The position numbers and the translations under genes are program-made. From Deltaproteobacteria bacterium (lineage in GTDB: Bacteria; Myxococcota_A; Polyangia; Fen-1088), in contig JANRKS010000032.1 in NCBI GenBank assembly GCA_033763315.1, forward strand, positions 96,001 to 160,000: a stretch of DNA of 64,000 nt. Direction: 5' to 3'. Numbering within the stretch: the stretch's first letter is position 1; each line of letters begins with the position of its first letter. This document shows, in pieces, positions 56,256-64,000 of this stretch. The notes under the pieces were generated by a model. The model saw only the letters and a program-made list of their open reading frames with translations. It had not been told where the DNA came from and made no database searches.

Positions 56256-58115
56256 ATGACGTTGCTTTGGCGTGTGAGTCTAATGTTTATGTGCGTGGGC
56301 GCGGTGGCATGTTCGTATGCCTCGCAAGGGCTCATGGCCCCCGACGATCGCCATGCCGTGGTGCCGGCCGATGATGTGTTTGGCGACAAGATCTCGCGTG
56401 TCGTCTACCTCGACCAGGGGTGGGATGCGACGGACAGCTTGTGGTTTTACAACACCACGCAGGGCTCCAACCTGGTGCCGTACGACGTTTTCCTGCATTT
56501 GGAACAAGCGCAGAGCCAAACGTTGTTCCGCGACAACGCCAACATGAACCGCTATCGCTACTTGCCGCAGGCGCCTCACTGGGACAACCCCGACGGCCTG
56601 CCGGTGGGCTTCGTCAAAGACAGTTTTCGCGGTCAAGACTATGTGGGCTTTACGTGCGCCGCGTGCCACACAGCGCAGCTGAATTATGAAGGCGAAGGCA
56701 TTCGCATCGATGGCGGTCCGGCAATGGCCGACATGGAAGGCTTCTTGCTGGGTCTTGAACAAGCCCTCGCGAACGCCTTGCAGAACGCGGATGTGTTTGA
56801 TCGCTTGGCAACCGCCATCGCTGGTGCCGACGCAAAGGCGCGTGACGACGTTCGCTCCCGCGTGAAGGCGGCTTACGATCGTTTGCGCTTTGAACGACAA
56901 CAAAACCAATCCGCCGCGGGGCGCTACGGTTATGCGCGCGTGGATGCCGTGGGGCGGATCTTCAACCGCGTGCTCAGCCACGCGACGCCGGGCGATGCCA
57001 CAAACTTCAACCCCAGCAACGCTCCCGTCAGCTACCCGTTTCTGTGGGACACACCGCTGCACGACTTTGTGCAGTGGAATGGGCTCATCAGCAACGAGAA
57101 GAATCAAGTGGGCGCGCGCAACGTGGGCGAAGTGATGGGAACCTTCGCCACCTTCGATTTGCAAACCGGCCAGTCATCGGTGGTGCTGCGCAACCTGATT
57201 CGCCTCGAACGCCAACTGCGCGAGAAATTGTACTCGCCACAATGGCCGAGCCAGTTCCCCAAAATCGATGAAGCCTTGGCCGCCAAGGGGCGGCTTGTGT
57301 TCAAACGGTATCGCTGCGACACATGTCACGCCGACATCGGCGATCGCACAAGCAACGACCGACGCGTGATTGCACAGCTCGCTTCGCTGGATCGCATCGG
57401 CACGGATCGCGGGCAGGCGCATAACGCCGCCTATGCGCAGGGCCGCGCCGGCTTGTTCGAAGGCAAACGGTACGCACGCGGCGGTGGTCGTCACCAAGCG
57501 GTGACGCCTGTGAACAAGGCGTTGGGTTCCGCGATCAAGAAAGTGATGACGACGCCAGATTACGATCACTCGTTTGTGCGGCGGTGGTTGAACCTGGCGT
57601 ATGACCTGGCCGTGGGCTTGTTCGACACCACGATCAAAAACCCGTCGCGCCACGTGGATCACGTGAGCGTGGGCGCCGAGGAAAAGGCCGAATATCTTGC
57701 CGTCTATAAAGCGCGCCCGCTCAACGGCGTGTGGGCCACCGCGCCCTACCTCCACAATGGGTCAGTGCCTAACCTTTACGAGATGTTCCTGCCCAGCTGC
57801 AACCACCCGCCCGCGACCGAGGGCCTCTGCCGATCAACCACGTTTACCGTTGGCAGCCGCGCGTTTGATCCCGTGAAGGTGGGTTTCGTCAGCCGCGATT
57901 CTGCAAGCTTTCCCGATCTTTATGTGTTTGACACGCGCTTGCCAGGCAACAGCAACGCGGGCCACGAGTATTCCACCGGTCGCACGCCTGTGTTGAAGCT
58001 GGATGACTATGGGCACCCCGTCAAAGACGCCGAGGGCCACGTGGTGCAAGAGTATTTGCCGCCCATCACTGACGCAGATCGTTGGGCGTTGGTTGAGTAT
58101 TTGAAAGCGCTTTAG
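56256..58115 (+). CDS. Di-heme c peroxidase-like protein (RoxA/MauG-CCP superfamily)
   Basis: CAACH, CDTCH, YKARPLNGVWATAPYLHNGSVP, GNSNAGH, LVEYLK; lipoprotein-like signal. Confidence 0.85.
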   Translation: MTLLWRVSLMFMCVGAVACSYASQGLMAPDDRHAVVPADDVFGDKISRVVYLDQGWDATDSLWFYNTTQGSNLVPYDVFLHLEQAQSQTLFRDNANMNRYRYLPQAPHWDNPDGLPVGFVKDSFRGQDYVGFTCAACHTAQLNYEGEGIRIDGGPAMADMEGFLLGLEQALANALQNADVFDRLATAIAGADAKARDDVRSRVKAAYDRLRFERQQNQSAAGRYGYARVDAVGRIFNRVLSHATPGDATNFNPSNAPVSYPFLWDTPLHDFVQWNGLISNEKNQVGARNVGEVMGTFATFDLQTGQSSVVLRNLIRLERQLREKLYSPQWPSQFPKIDEALAAKGRLVFKRYRCDTCHADIGDRTSNDRRVIAQLASLDRIGTDRGQAHNAAYAQGRAGLFEGKRYARGGGRHQAVTPVNKALGSAIKKVMTTPDYDHSFVRRWLNLAYDLAVGLFDTTIKNPSRHVDHVSVGAEEKAEYLAVYKARPLNGVWATAPYLHNGSVPNLYEMFLPSCNHPPATEGLCRSTTFTVGSRAFDPVKVGFVSRDSASFPDLYVFDTRLPGNSNAGHEYSTGRTPVLKLDDYGHPVKDAEGHVVQEYLPPITDADRWALVEYLKAL

Positions 58116-58177
58116 CGAATTTCAAGACGCGGTTTTGAACTGCCGATGTGGCTGGCGTGGCGCATCGTGGGAGCAGA

Positions 58178-59179
58178 ATGTCTTCGCCTTCCGTCTGCAC
58201 CTGCGTGCTGCTGGCGCTTGCGGCGTGCGAAGTGGCGAACCCTGCCTACGATCCCTCCGTACGCAACGAAACCGATGGCGGCGCCAACAACTTCGACGGT
58301 GGCTCGGAAGATCGTGACGGCGGCGCGAACGTCACGTTGGATGGGCCGGATTTTCTTGCCTTGGATGGTCCCACGCTGGCGCTAGACGCGCCCGTGGATG
58401 CCGTCGGCGCGAAGGTCGACGTGGCGCCTTTGCCCGATGCCGCGATCGTCAAGCTGGACGTGGCGCCGCCGCCCCCCGATGCCGCGACCGTCAAGCTGGA
58501 CGTGGCCCCTCCTCCTCCTGACGCTGCGGTCACTGATCTGTCTTTACAGAAGCAAAGCTGCGCGCCCGATCCGTCGTTGGTGCTTTGCGTGGCCTTCGAG
58601 GACAAAGTTGTGGATCAATCCACGCTCGCTTCCTCGTTTAACACATCCTCCTTGGCGTTCGAAGCCGGACCCATGGGTAAGGCTTTGCTGTCATCTGCAT
58701 CCACGCGCATCGTAAACAACGCGCTCACGACGGCGGCTGTGCCCAGTGTGACCATCGAAGCTTGGATCAACCCCGCTCGTCTGCCCAGCACCGGCCGTCG
58801 TTTCGGCATTATTGACTATCAACCGCAGTATTCGCTTTTCATCTTGCCTGGTGGCGAGCTTTCTTGCGGCTGTGATGGCTCTCATCAAATCACAACGCAG
58901 GCCCTCATCAAGGTGGCCGCGTGGCAAAGCGTGGCGTGCACGATTGATGATCAAGCGATCAAGATCTGGGTCAACGGATTCGTCCGCGCTGAAAAGTCCA
59001 ACGATGGTTTATGCCCCACCGCAGTTGATAGCTCCGGAATGGCCGTATTGGGCAACATCACCAGCGGTGGCTCGCCTTATCCTGATTCGTTTGAGGGACG
59101 CGCCGATAACGTGCGCGTGTGGAGCCGGGTACGCACCGACGTTGAGATATGTGCTGACGCTTTGTTGTGCGCGCCTTGA
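58178..59179 (+). CDS. Lipoprotein with Pro/Asp-rich repeat linker and LamG-like jelly-roll domain
   Basis: Lipobox LAAC, TIEAWINP, WQSVACT.D, IWVNG, FEG..DNVRVW. Confidence 0.8.
   Translation: MSSPSVCTCVLLALAACEVANPAYDPSVRNETDGGANNFDGGSEDRDGGANVTLDGPDFLALDGPTLALDAPVDAVGAKVDVAPLPDAAIVKLDVAPPPPDAATVKLDVAPPPPDAAVTDLSLQKQSCAPDPSLVLCVAFEDKVVDQSTLASSFNTSSLAFEAGPMGKALLSSASTRIVNNALTTAAVPSVTIEAWINPARLPSTGRRFGIIDYQPQYSLFILPGGELSCGCDGSHQITTQALIKVAAWQSVACTIDDQAIKIWVNGFVRAEKSNDGLCPTAVDSSGMAVLGNITSGGSPYPDSFEGRADNVRVWSRVRTDVEICADALLCAP
58418..58528 (+). repeat. About three imperfect tandem repeats (39-42 bp) encoding DVAP(L/PP)PDAAxVKL
   Basis: Read directly from DNA and translation. Confidence 0.85.
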
Positions 59180-59180
59180 G

Positions 59181-60425
59181 CTAAAGCACACCCACAACCG
59201 CGCCGGCGCAGAGTGTGGCCAGCGTGCCGGCCACGATGCTTTTGCCGCCCAGAGCCACGATCTCCGCGCGTCGTTGCGGCACCAAGGTTGAAAGCCCACC
59301 GATCATGATGCCAAGGCTGCCGAAGTTGGCAAAGCCACACAAAGCGTAGGTCATTATCAAACGGCTGCGCTCAGACAGCGCGCCCACCGGCAGCTGTGAC
59401 ATTTGCAAATAAGCCAAAAATTCGTTCAAGACTGTTTTTGTGCCCATCAGCGCGCCAGCGGTGCGCGCCTCATGCCAGGGAATGCCCATCAACCACGTGA
59501 CCGGTGCCATCACCCAGCCCAACATGCGCTCAAGCGAAAGCGGTGCCCCGCGCACCACGGGAAGCGCCCCCAAAGCCGCGTTCGCCATGTGCACCAACGC
59601 CACCAACACGATCAACATCGCAGCGACGGTTAAAAAGATCTTCAACCCTTCTTCGGTGCCGCGCGTGATTGCGTCCATCACGCTGGTGCTTTGCCGGGGC
59701 GGCATCTGCGCTTCGGTCTGCGTGGTTTGGGTTTCGGGCACCATCATTAACGCAATCGTCACAGCGGCGGGGGCCGTGATGACGGACGCCACCACCAAGT
59801 GGCCGGCGGCGTCGGCAACGATCGGCGAGATGATCTGCGCGTAAAGCACGAGCACGGTGCCCGCGATGGAGGCCATGCCCGCCACCATCACCACGAACAA
59901 CTCAGATCGCGTGAGCTTATCCAAAAACGGTTTTACGAAGATCGGCCCCTCCACCATGCCCACAAAGACATTGGCGGCCGTGCTCAAGCCAACGGCGCCG
60001 CCGATGCCGAACGTGCGTCGCAGCAAAAACGAAAACGCGCGGACGATCACGGGCAGCACATGCCAGTGCGTGAGCAACGCCGTCAACGCGCTGATGACGA
60101 TGATGAGCGGCAGCGCCCGAAACGCGAAGATGTACGTGCCGGCGCCGGGCTTGACTTCAAAGGGCAAAGGGCCACCGCCCAGAAAGCCAAACACCAGTGA
60201 TGTGCCTGCCTCGGTGGCTTTGGCAACGATCATCACCGCGTCGTTCACCAAGTTGAAGCTGCCGCGCACAAAGGGGATCTTCAAAATGGCTGCGGCCAAC
60301 ACCAGCTGCACCAGCACGCCCACCACGGCCACCTTGGGCCGCGCGTGCCGCCGGTTCTCGCCCAGCAGCCAGGCGATCAGCACAAAGGCGCACAGCCCCA
60401 CCGCGGAATGAATGGATTGCCACAT
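59181..60425 (-). CDS. nupC: Concentrative nucleoside transporter (CNT/NupC family)
   Basis: FVFG-like LVFG, LPLIIVISAL, ANVFVGMVE, GMASIAG, KTVLNEFLAY, YALCGFANFGS.GI. Confidence 0.9.
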   Translation of the reverse strand: MWQSIHSAVGLCAFVLIAWLLGENRRHARPKVAVVGVLVQLVLAAAILKIPFVRGSFNLVNDAVMIVAKATEAGTSLVFGFLGGGPLPFEVKPGAGTYIFAFRALPLIIVISALTALLTHWHVLPVIVRAFSFLLRRTFGIGGAVGLSTAANVFVGMVEGPIFVKPFLDKLTRSELFVVMVAGMASIAGTVLVLYAQIISPIVADAAGHLVVASVITAPAAVTIALMMVPETQTTQTEAQMPPRQSTSVMDAITRGTEEGLKIFLTVAAMLIVLVALVHMANAALGALPVVRGAPLSLERMLGWVMAPVTWLMGIPWHEARTAGALMGTKTVLNEFLAYLQMSQLPVGALSERSRLIMTYALCGFANFGSLGIMIGGLSTLVPQRRAEIVALGGKSIVAGTLATLCAGAVVGVL

Positions 60426-60440
60426 AAAGTGACGTAGACG

Positions 60441-61334
60441 CTACACCACTTCGGGCGCCACAGCGTAACGAGCCGCTTCGGCGTCGTAGCTGTCAAAGCC
60501 CACCACTTGGCGCAATTGCGCGAATGACATCAACCCCGCAGGCGTTTCGCCCTTGTGCAGTGATGCCAGCGCGTGCTGCATGGCCACGATGGCCGCATTG
60601 ATCAAAGTGACGGGGTAAGCCGCAATCTTGAAGCCCAACGTTTGCAGCGTGGCGGGCGGCAAAATCGGTGTGTCGCCGTCTTCCAACATGTTCGCCAGCA
60701 ATGGCACCGTGATGGCACGGCCGATGCGTTCAAGCTCCGCCTGCGCCACAGGGGATTCCACAAACACGATGTCGGCGCCGGCGTCCGCGAACGCTTGCGC
60801 ACGCCACAAAGCTTCATCGAGGCCATGGGTTGCCCGGGCGTCGGTGCGGGCCAAGATCAAAATGCCAGCGCCCTCGTCGCGCGCGTGCGTGGCGGCTTTG
60901 ACGCGGGCGATCGCGTCTGCGCGCCCCACGACAGATTTGCCGCGCGTGTGGCCACAACGTTTGGGCGCCACTTGATCTTCAATCATCACGGCCGCAAACC
61001 CCGCTTGGCCGTAACCAAACACTGTGCGCTTCACATTAAGCGCGTTGCCATACCCCGTGTCGCCGTCACCGATGACGGGGATCGACACGGCCGCGCAAAT
61101 GTTCCGTCCTTGGTCCAGCATCTCACCATAAGAAATCAACCCCGTGTCGGGCGCGCCCAACCGTGCGGCTGATACCGCAAAGCCGCTCATGAAGGTCAAC
61201 GGAAAACCTGCGTTTTCCACCAGGCGGGCCGACATGCCATCGAAGCAGCACGGCATCACCAGCAATTCAGGCTTTTGCAACAGCTGGTGCAGTTTCGCGG
61301 CCTGGGTTGTCAGGTGCTTGGTGCTTGTGCTCAT
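60441..61334 (-). CDS. Isocitrate lyase/PEP mutase family enzyme (PrpB/CPEP mutase-like)
   Basis: FMSGF, PDTGL, DGDTGYG, IEDQVAPKRCGH, ARTDAR, GADIVFVE. Confidence 0.9.
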   Translation of the reverse strand: MSTSTKHLTTQAAKLHQLLQKPELLVMPCCFDGMSARLVENAGFPLTFMSGFAVSAARLGAPDTGLISYGEMLDQGRNICAAVSIPVIGDGDTGYGNALNVKRTVFGYGQAGFAAVMIEDQVAPKRCGHTRGKSVVGRADAIARVKAATHARDEGAGILILARTDARATHGLDEALWRAQAFADAGADIVFVESPVAQAELERIGRAITVPLLANMLEDGDTPILPPATLQTLGFKIAAYPVTLINAAIVAMQHALASLHKGETPAGLMSFAQLRQVVGFDSYDAEAARYAVAPEVV

Positions 61335-61465
61335 GTTGCACAGTTTTGCCTGACGAGCCTTCACTTGTCGCGTGTGTTGGTCTTACCTGGGTTTAGCGTG
61401 ATGGAAAGGACCCCGAAACATCGAAGCGGTACGCTTATTTCTGTGAGAGGAAAGGAGGTGACGGT

Positions 61466-61681
61466 GTGTTGAACGACGTACCTGTGGCGGTGGGGGAGGA
61501 GCAAGGGGAGCGGCGGCGTGGGCGGGATCCTTTTTCGGGGCAAGCGGGTGTGGAAGCCGTGGCGGTGGGTTTGTGGCGGCGGCGGGCGGCGAGGGCGACG
61601 TCGGCCAGCATATCGGTCGCAAGGGCAGAGATCCGGGGGCCAGTTCCTCCGGTGCGCGCAAGGACAGAGGAAGCCAAATAA
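61466..61681 (+). CDS. Possible small protein (71 aa)
   Basis: Perfect AAGGAGGT Shine-Dalgarno, AGGAGG 7 nt before the GTG, and a + strand terminator just downstream; no family recognised. Confidence 0.4.
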   Translation: MLNDVPVAVGEEQGERRRGRDPFSGQAGVEAVAVGLWRRRAARATSASISVARAEIRGPVPPVRARTEEAK

Positions 61682-61691
61682 CGAGGGACGC

Positions 61692-61731
61692 GCCCGGCTT
61701 TTGCCACTGACGTGGTGGAGGCCGGGCTTTT
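61692..61731 (+). terminator. Intrinsic terminator
   Basis: 16-bp stem GCCCGGCTTTTGCCAC-tgac-GTGGTGGAGGCCGGGC (four G-U pairs that form only on the + strand) followed by TTTT. Confidence 0.7.
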
Positions 61732-61747
61732 AAATTTATCCAGCGCC

Positions 61748-62188
61748 CTAAGGCAGCGTGCTGTTGACGCGGTTGCGGTCAAGCCGCGAAAACTGCCGGC
61801 CAAAGCGGTGCGCGATCAGATGTTCCAGGCACAAATTGGCGCCCCGGATGCGGCGACGCTCACAGGTCACCTTTTGGCACTTGGTTTTTTCTTCTTTCAC
61901 TTCGCCCAAGTGCTCGGCCAGGCGGGCCACGCAATAGCCACGGATGGTTTCCACCCGATCAATGTCGCGCAAACGCGTGGCGCCGGGTGGGTTAGGCCGG
62001 CACAAGATCGCCCAGCCTTCTAATTCTTCGGGCCACGCTTGCAGCCAGAAGCGGTTGCATTCGGGGCACTGACGCAGCTCTTCCCAATCTCCGCTTTCCA
62101 CCACCGCCCACTGCAAAACGTTGTCGTCGGTGATTGGCGCCCAATCGGGGCGGGCCAGGCAGGCGCATTTGGTGGCGGCGTCAGACAC
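61748..62188 (-). CDS. Cys-rich hypothetical protein, possibly metal-binding
   Basis: CAC, CPEC, C-x4-C-x10-C-x2-H spacing; TAGGGT -10-like hexamer 6 nt before GTG. Confidence 0.65.
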   Translation of the reverse strand: MSDAATKCACLARPDWAPITDDNVLQWAVVESGDWEELRQCPECNRFWLQAWPEELEGWAILCRPNPPGATRLRDIDRVETIRGYCVARLAEHLGEVKEEKTKCQKVTCERRRIRGANLCLEHLIAHRFGRQFSRLDRNRVNSTLP

Positions 62189-62300
62189 GCATTAACCCTA
62201 CCGCAAGCCTCGTGAAAAGGAAGCGGGCGCAGGGGGCGGCCGCAACTAAATGGACGCGGGGCTGGTGTGGACCGGACCGCGTTCTATAATGGCGCCCCCC

Positions 62301-63563
62301 ATGGCTCCAACCACATCCGACTCCGCCAGCGTCTCTGGTGCAGATGTATTTGCGACACTGCGCGACCGCGGGTTCGTGCAGCAAGTGACCGACGAGGCCG
62401 CGATCGCACAAGCGTTGCGCGCCGGTCCCGTCACGTTCTATGCGGGTTTTGATCCCACCGCGGCCAGTTTGCACATCGGCTCGATGGTGCCGTTGATGGC
62501 CATGGCTCACCTGGCGCGCGCCGGTCACCGCCCCATCGCGGTTTTGGGTGGTGGCACGGCCATGGTGGGCGATCCCAGCGGCAAAACCGAGATGCGCCAG
62601 CTGCTCACCACTGAAACGATTGCCGAGAACCGCAAAGGCATCGAACCACAGGTGCGCCATTTCGTCTCCTCGGCCCCCGATGCCGTCGTGGTGGACAACG
62701 GCGAGTGGCTGTTGGGGCTGCGTTACCTTGATTTCCTGCGCGACATCGGCCGCCACTTTTCCGTGAACCGCATGCTTGCCGCCGAGGCTTACAAGATGCG
62801 GCTCGAAAAGGGACTGTCGTTCATCGAGTTCAATTACCAGATCCTGCAGGCCTACGACTTCTTGGTGTTGTTCCGCAGCCACGGCTGCACATTGCAGATT
62901 GGTGGCGACGATCAATGGGGCAACATTTTGGCGGGCACGGATCTCATCCGTCGCCTTGAACACAAAGAAGCTTTCGGTTTGACGTTCCCGCTGTTGACCA
63001 CGGCCACGGGCGCGAAGATGGGCAAAACCGCGTCAGGCGCCGTATGGCTTTCGGCCGAACGCACAAGCCCATTTGATTTTTACCAATACTGGGTGAACAC
63101 CGACGATCGGGATGTGCAACGCTTCTTGAAGTTGTTCACGTTCTTGCCGTTGTCGGAAATTGAAAGCTACGCACGTTTGGAGGGCGCCGAGATTCGCCAA
63201 GCCAAACAAGCGCTCGCCTTCGAGGTCACCAAGATCGTTCACGGGCAAACGGCGGCCGAAGAAGCCCAGCGTGGCGCCGCGGCGGCGTTTGGTGGGGGCG
63301 GCGGCGGTGAACTTGTTCCCACGCACGAAGTGACACAACCCCAGCTGCGCGAAGGCATCAAGGTTGTGGATCTGCTGGCGGCTTCGGGCTTGGCGGCGTC
63401 CAAGAGTGTGGCGCGCCGTTTGGTGGCCCAAGGCGGGGTGCGTTTGGGCGACGCCAAGGTTGCCGACGTTGAGCACATGGTGCGCGCAAGTGACGTTCCC
63501 GATGATGGCGTGCTTTTGCACGCGGGCAAAAAGCATCTGCGACGCATCGTCGCTGCCAAGTGA
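62301..63563 (+). CDS. tyrS: Tyrosine--tRNA ligase
   Basis: YAGFDPTAASLHIG (HIGH), GDPSGK, EFNYQILQAYDF, QIGGDDQWGNI, KMGKT, C-terminal S4 domain; TATAAT at 62285-62290. Confidence 0.98.
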   Translation: MAPTTSDSASVSGADVFATLRDRGFVQQVTDEAAIAQALRAGPVTFYAGFDPTAASLHIGSMVPLMAMAHLARAGHRPIAVLGGGTAMVGDPSGKTEMRQLLTTETIAENRKGIEPQVRHFVSSAPDAVVVDNGEWLLGLRYLDFLRDIGRHFSVNRMLAAEAYKMRLEKGLSFIEFNYQILQAYDFLVLFRSHGCTLQIGGDDQWGNILAGTDLIRRLEHKEAFGLTFPLLTTATGAKMGKTASGAVWLSAERTSPFDFYQYWVNTDDRDVQRFLKLFTFLPLSEIESYARLEGAEIRQAKQALAFEVTKIVHGQTAAEEAQRGAAAAFGGGGGGELVPTHEVTQPQLREGIKVVDLLAASGLAASKSVARRLVAQGGVRLGDAKVADVEHMVRASDVPDDGVLLHAGKKHLRRIVAAK

Positions 63564-63581
63564 ACATGGTAGCATCGCGCC

Positions 63582-64000
63582 GTGTCTGAACCTGATCGTA
63601 AGCGCGTGTTGGTGGCGGACGATGAAGCCAACATCCGCCGCGTCCTCGAAGCGATCTTGCGTCGTGAGGGCTACGACGTGGTCACGGCGGGCACGGGCAC
63701 AGAAGCGTTGGAGCGCATGAACCGTGGCATAAACACGGTCATCACGGACCTGAAGATGCCGGGCATGGACGGCATGGCACTGCTTAAGCGCCTATCGGCC
63801 GAGTATCCGGAAGTGCCGGTGGTGATGATCACCGCACATGGCTCGGTTGAGAACGCCGTGGAGGCCGTGAAGCTGGGGGCGTTCGATTACCTCGAAAAGC
63901 CATTCGAGCAAGAGCAGATTCGCCAGTTGGTCGCCAAGGCCATCAGCACGAACGCGTTGGCTCGCAAAGATGTGAGCCCGGAGCCCGCCGGCGCTTCAGG
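63582..64000 (+). CDS. Response regulator receiver, probably NtrC-family; 3'-truncated by the window edge
   Basis: My translation: [46 protein letters not shown]; absent from the ORF track because no stop codon is in the window. Confidence 0.88.
   Translation, partial: MSEPDRKRVLVADDEANIRRVLEAILRREGYDVVTAGTGTEALERMNRGINTVITDLKMPGMDGMALLKRLSAEYPEVPVVMITAHGSVENAVEAVKLGAFDYLEKPFEQEQIRQLVAKAISTNALARKDVSPEPAGAS

Noticed and set aside
60441-61334. PEP mutase indicating phosphonate biosynthesis
   Set aside because: The motif is EDQVAPKRCGH (lyase/CPEP-mutase type), not the EDKxxxxxNS signature of PepM, and no phosphonate genes are nearby

Overview
GC-rich bacterial chromosome segment, most likely from a myxobacterium (Myxococcota, Polyangia-like). 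This is inferred from PEGA/TPR proteins, a Hanks kinase, DUF1552/DUF1592 pairs, a fibro-slime protein and Gly-rich lipoproteins. It holds about 49 CDSs and I see no rRNA, tRNA or CRISPR. Housekeeping genes (dacB, metK, tyrS, a CNT nucleoside transporter, an NtrC-like regulator) surround or interrupt a ~41 kb accessory, carbohydrate-oriented region (12.8-53.6 kb). That region carries three diverged DUF1592 (heme c lipoprotein) + DUF1552 (Tat) pairs, GH42, GH1, SGNH esterases, a PQQ-type sugar dehydrogenase, a GPH transporter, a ROK kinase, an SIS enzyme, many Gly-linker lipoproteins, and a beta-propeller/Y_Y_Y sensor kinase flanked by duplicated NarL regulators. GH37 and GH127-like genes lie just outside it. 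Best leads: (1) a PUL-like locus with no SusC/SusD, organised around DUF1592/DUF1552 pairs; (2) a translationally coupled desaturase - MetX-like hydrolase - GlnT operon; (3) GH1 and GH42 enzymes lacking the clan-A Asn before the acid/base Glu, beside a ROK/SIS module, suggesting amino-sugar catabolism; (4) an acidic patch after the lipobox shared by eight lipoproteins; (5) apparently leaderless promoters at many genes. All family calls come from motif recognition by eye, not database searches, and several start codons are my estimates.
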